From NCBI GenBank assembly GCA_965113315.1, contig OZ220368.1: a DNA stretch of 64,000 nt, one strand, 5' to 3'. The notes beneath the pieces were generated by a model. The model saw only the letters and a list, made by a program, of their open reading frames with translations, was not told the DNA's origin and ran no database searches. Positions within the stretch are counted from its first letter, which is position 1, and every line of letters starts with the position of its first letter. Position numbers and translations under genes: made by a program. Below are positions 63,881 to 64,000 of this stretch, one piece after another. This DNA comes from Podarcis vaucheri (Eukaryota).

Positions 63881-64000
63881 CAGTGTTTCCCAAACTTGGG
63901 TCTCCAGCTGCTTTTGGACTACAATTCCCAGCATCCTTGACCACTCATTTTGCTAGCTAGGGATGATGGGAGTTGTAGTCCAAAAACAACTAGAGACCCA
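63881..64000. mobile_element. Palindromic hAT-type MITE cut by the window end
   Basis: CAGTGTTTCCCAAAC start and GGACTACAA...TTGTAGTCC hairpin. Confidence 0.7.

Noticed and set aside
1-64000. CRISPR arrays, operons or other prokaryotic systems
   Set aside because: The DNA is vertebrate; tandem repeats lack unique spacers and there are no associated genes

Overview
This is vertebrate genomic DNA, almost certainly from a squamate and probably a lacertid-type lizard, inferred from the repeat content: Sauria SINEs, BovB, CR1, L2, L1, a Neptune-type Penelope-like element and many hAT and Tc1/mariner MITEs. No host protein-coding exon could be identified with confidence, and most ORFs in the supplied track are spurious or transposon-derived. 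A CpG island at about 33.4-35.7 kb looks like the promoter and first exon of an unidentified minus-strand gene (strong donor at 34809), so 1-34.8 kb is probably intronic. The most notable signals are: (1) two unrelated Penelope-like (PLE) insertions that each carry mirror-image minimal hammerhead ribozyme motifs, one a 263-bp non-coding perfect palindrome inside a (TA)n tract at 1112-1374, the other a 1.57-kb RT/GIY-YIG fragment with an inverted pLTR at 57551-59118; (2) a 2.16-kb L1 derivative with both ends, a 20-bp TSD, no RT or endonuclease, and an acidic 162-aa ORF; (3) CAG...CTG-ended DNA transposons with 6-, 7- and 8-bp TSDs; (4) a speculative series of phase-2 alternative first exons; (5) HOX/PBX/CDX motif clusters. 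Repeat family names come from recognition of motifs by eye, not from database searches.
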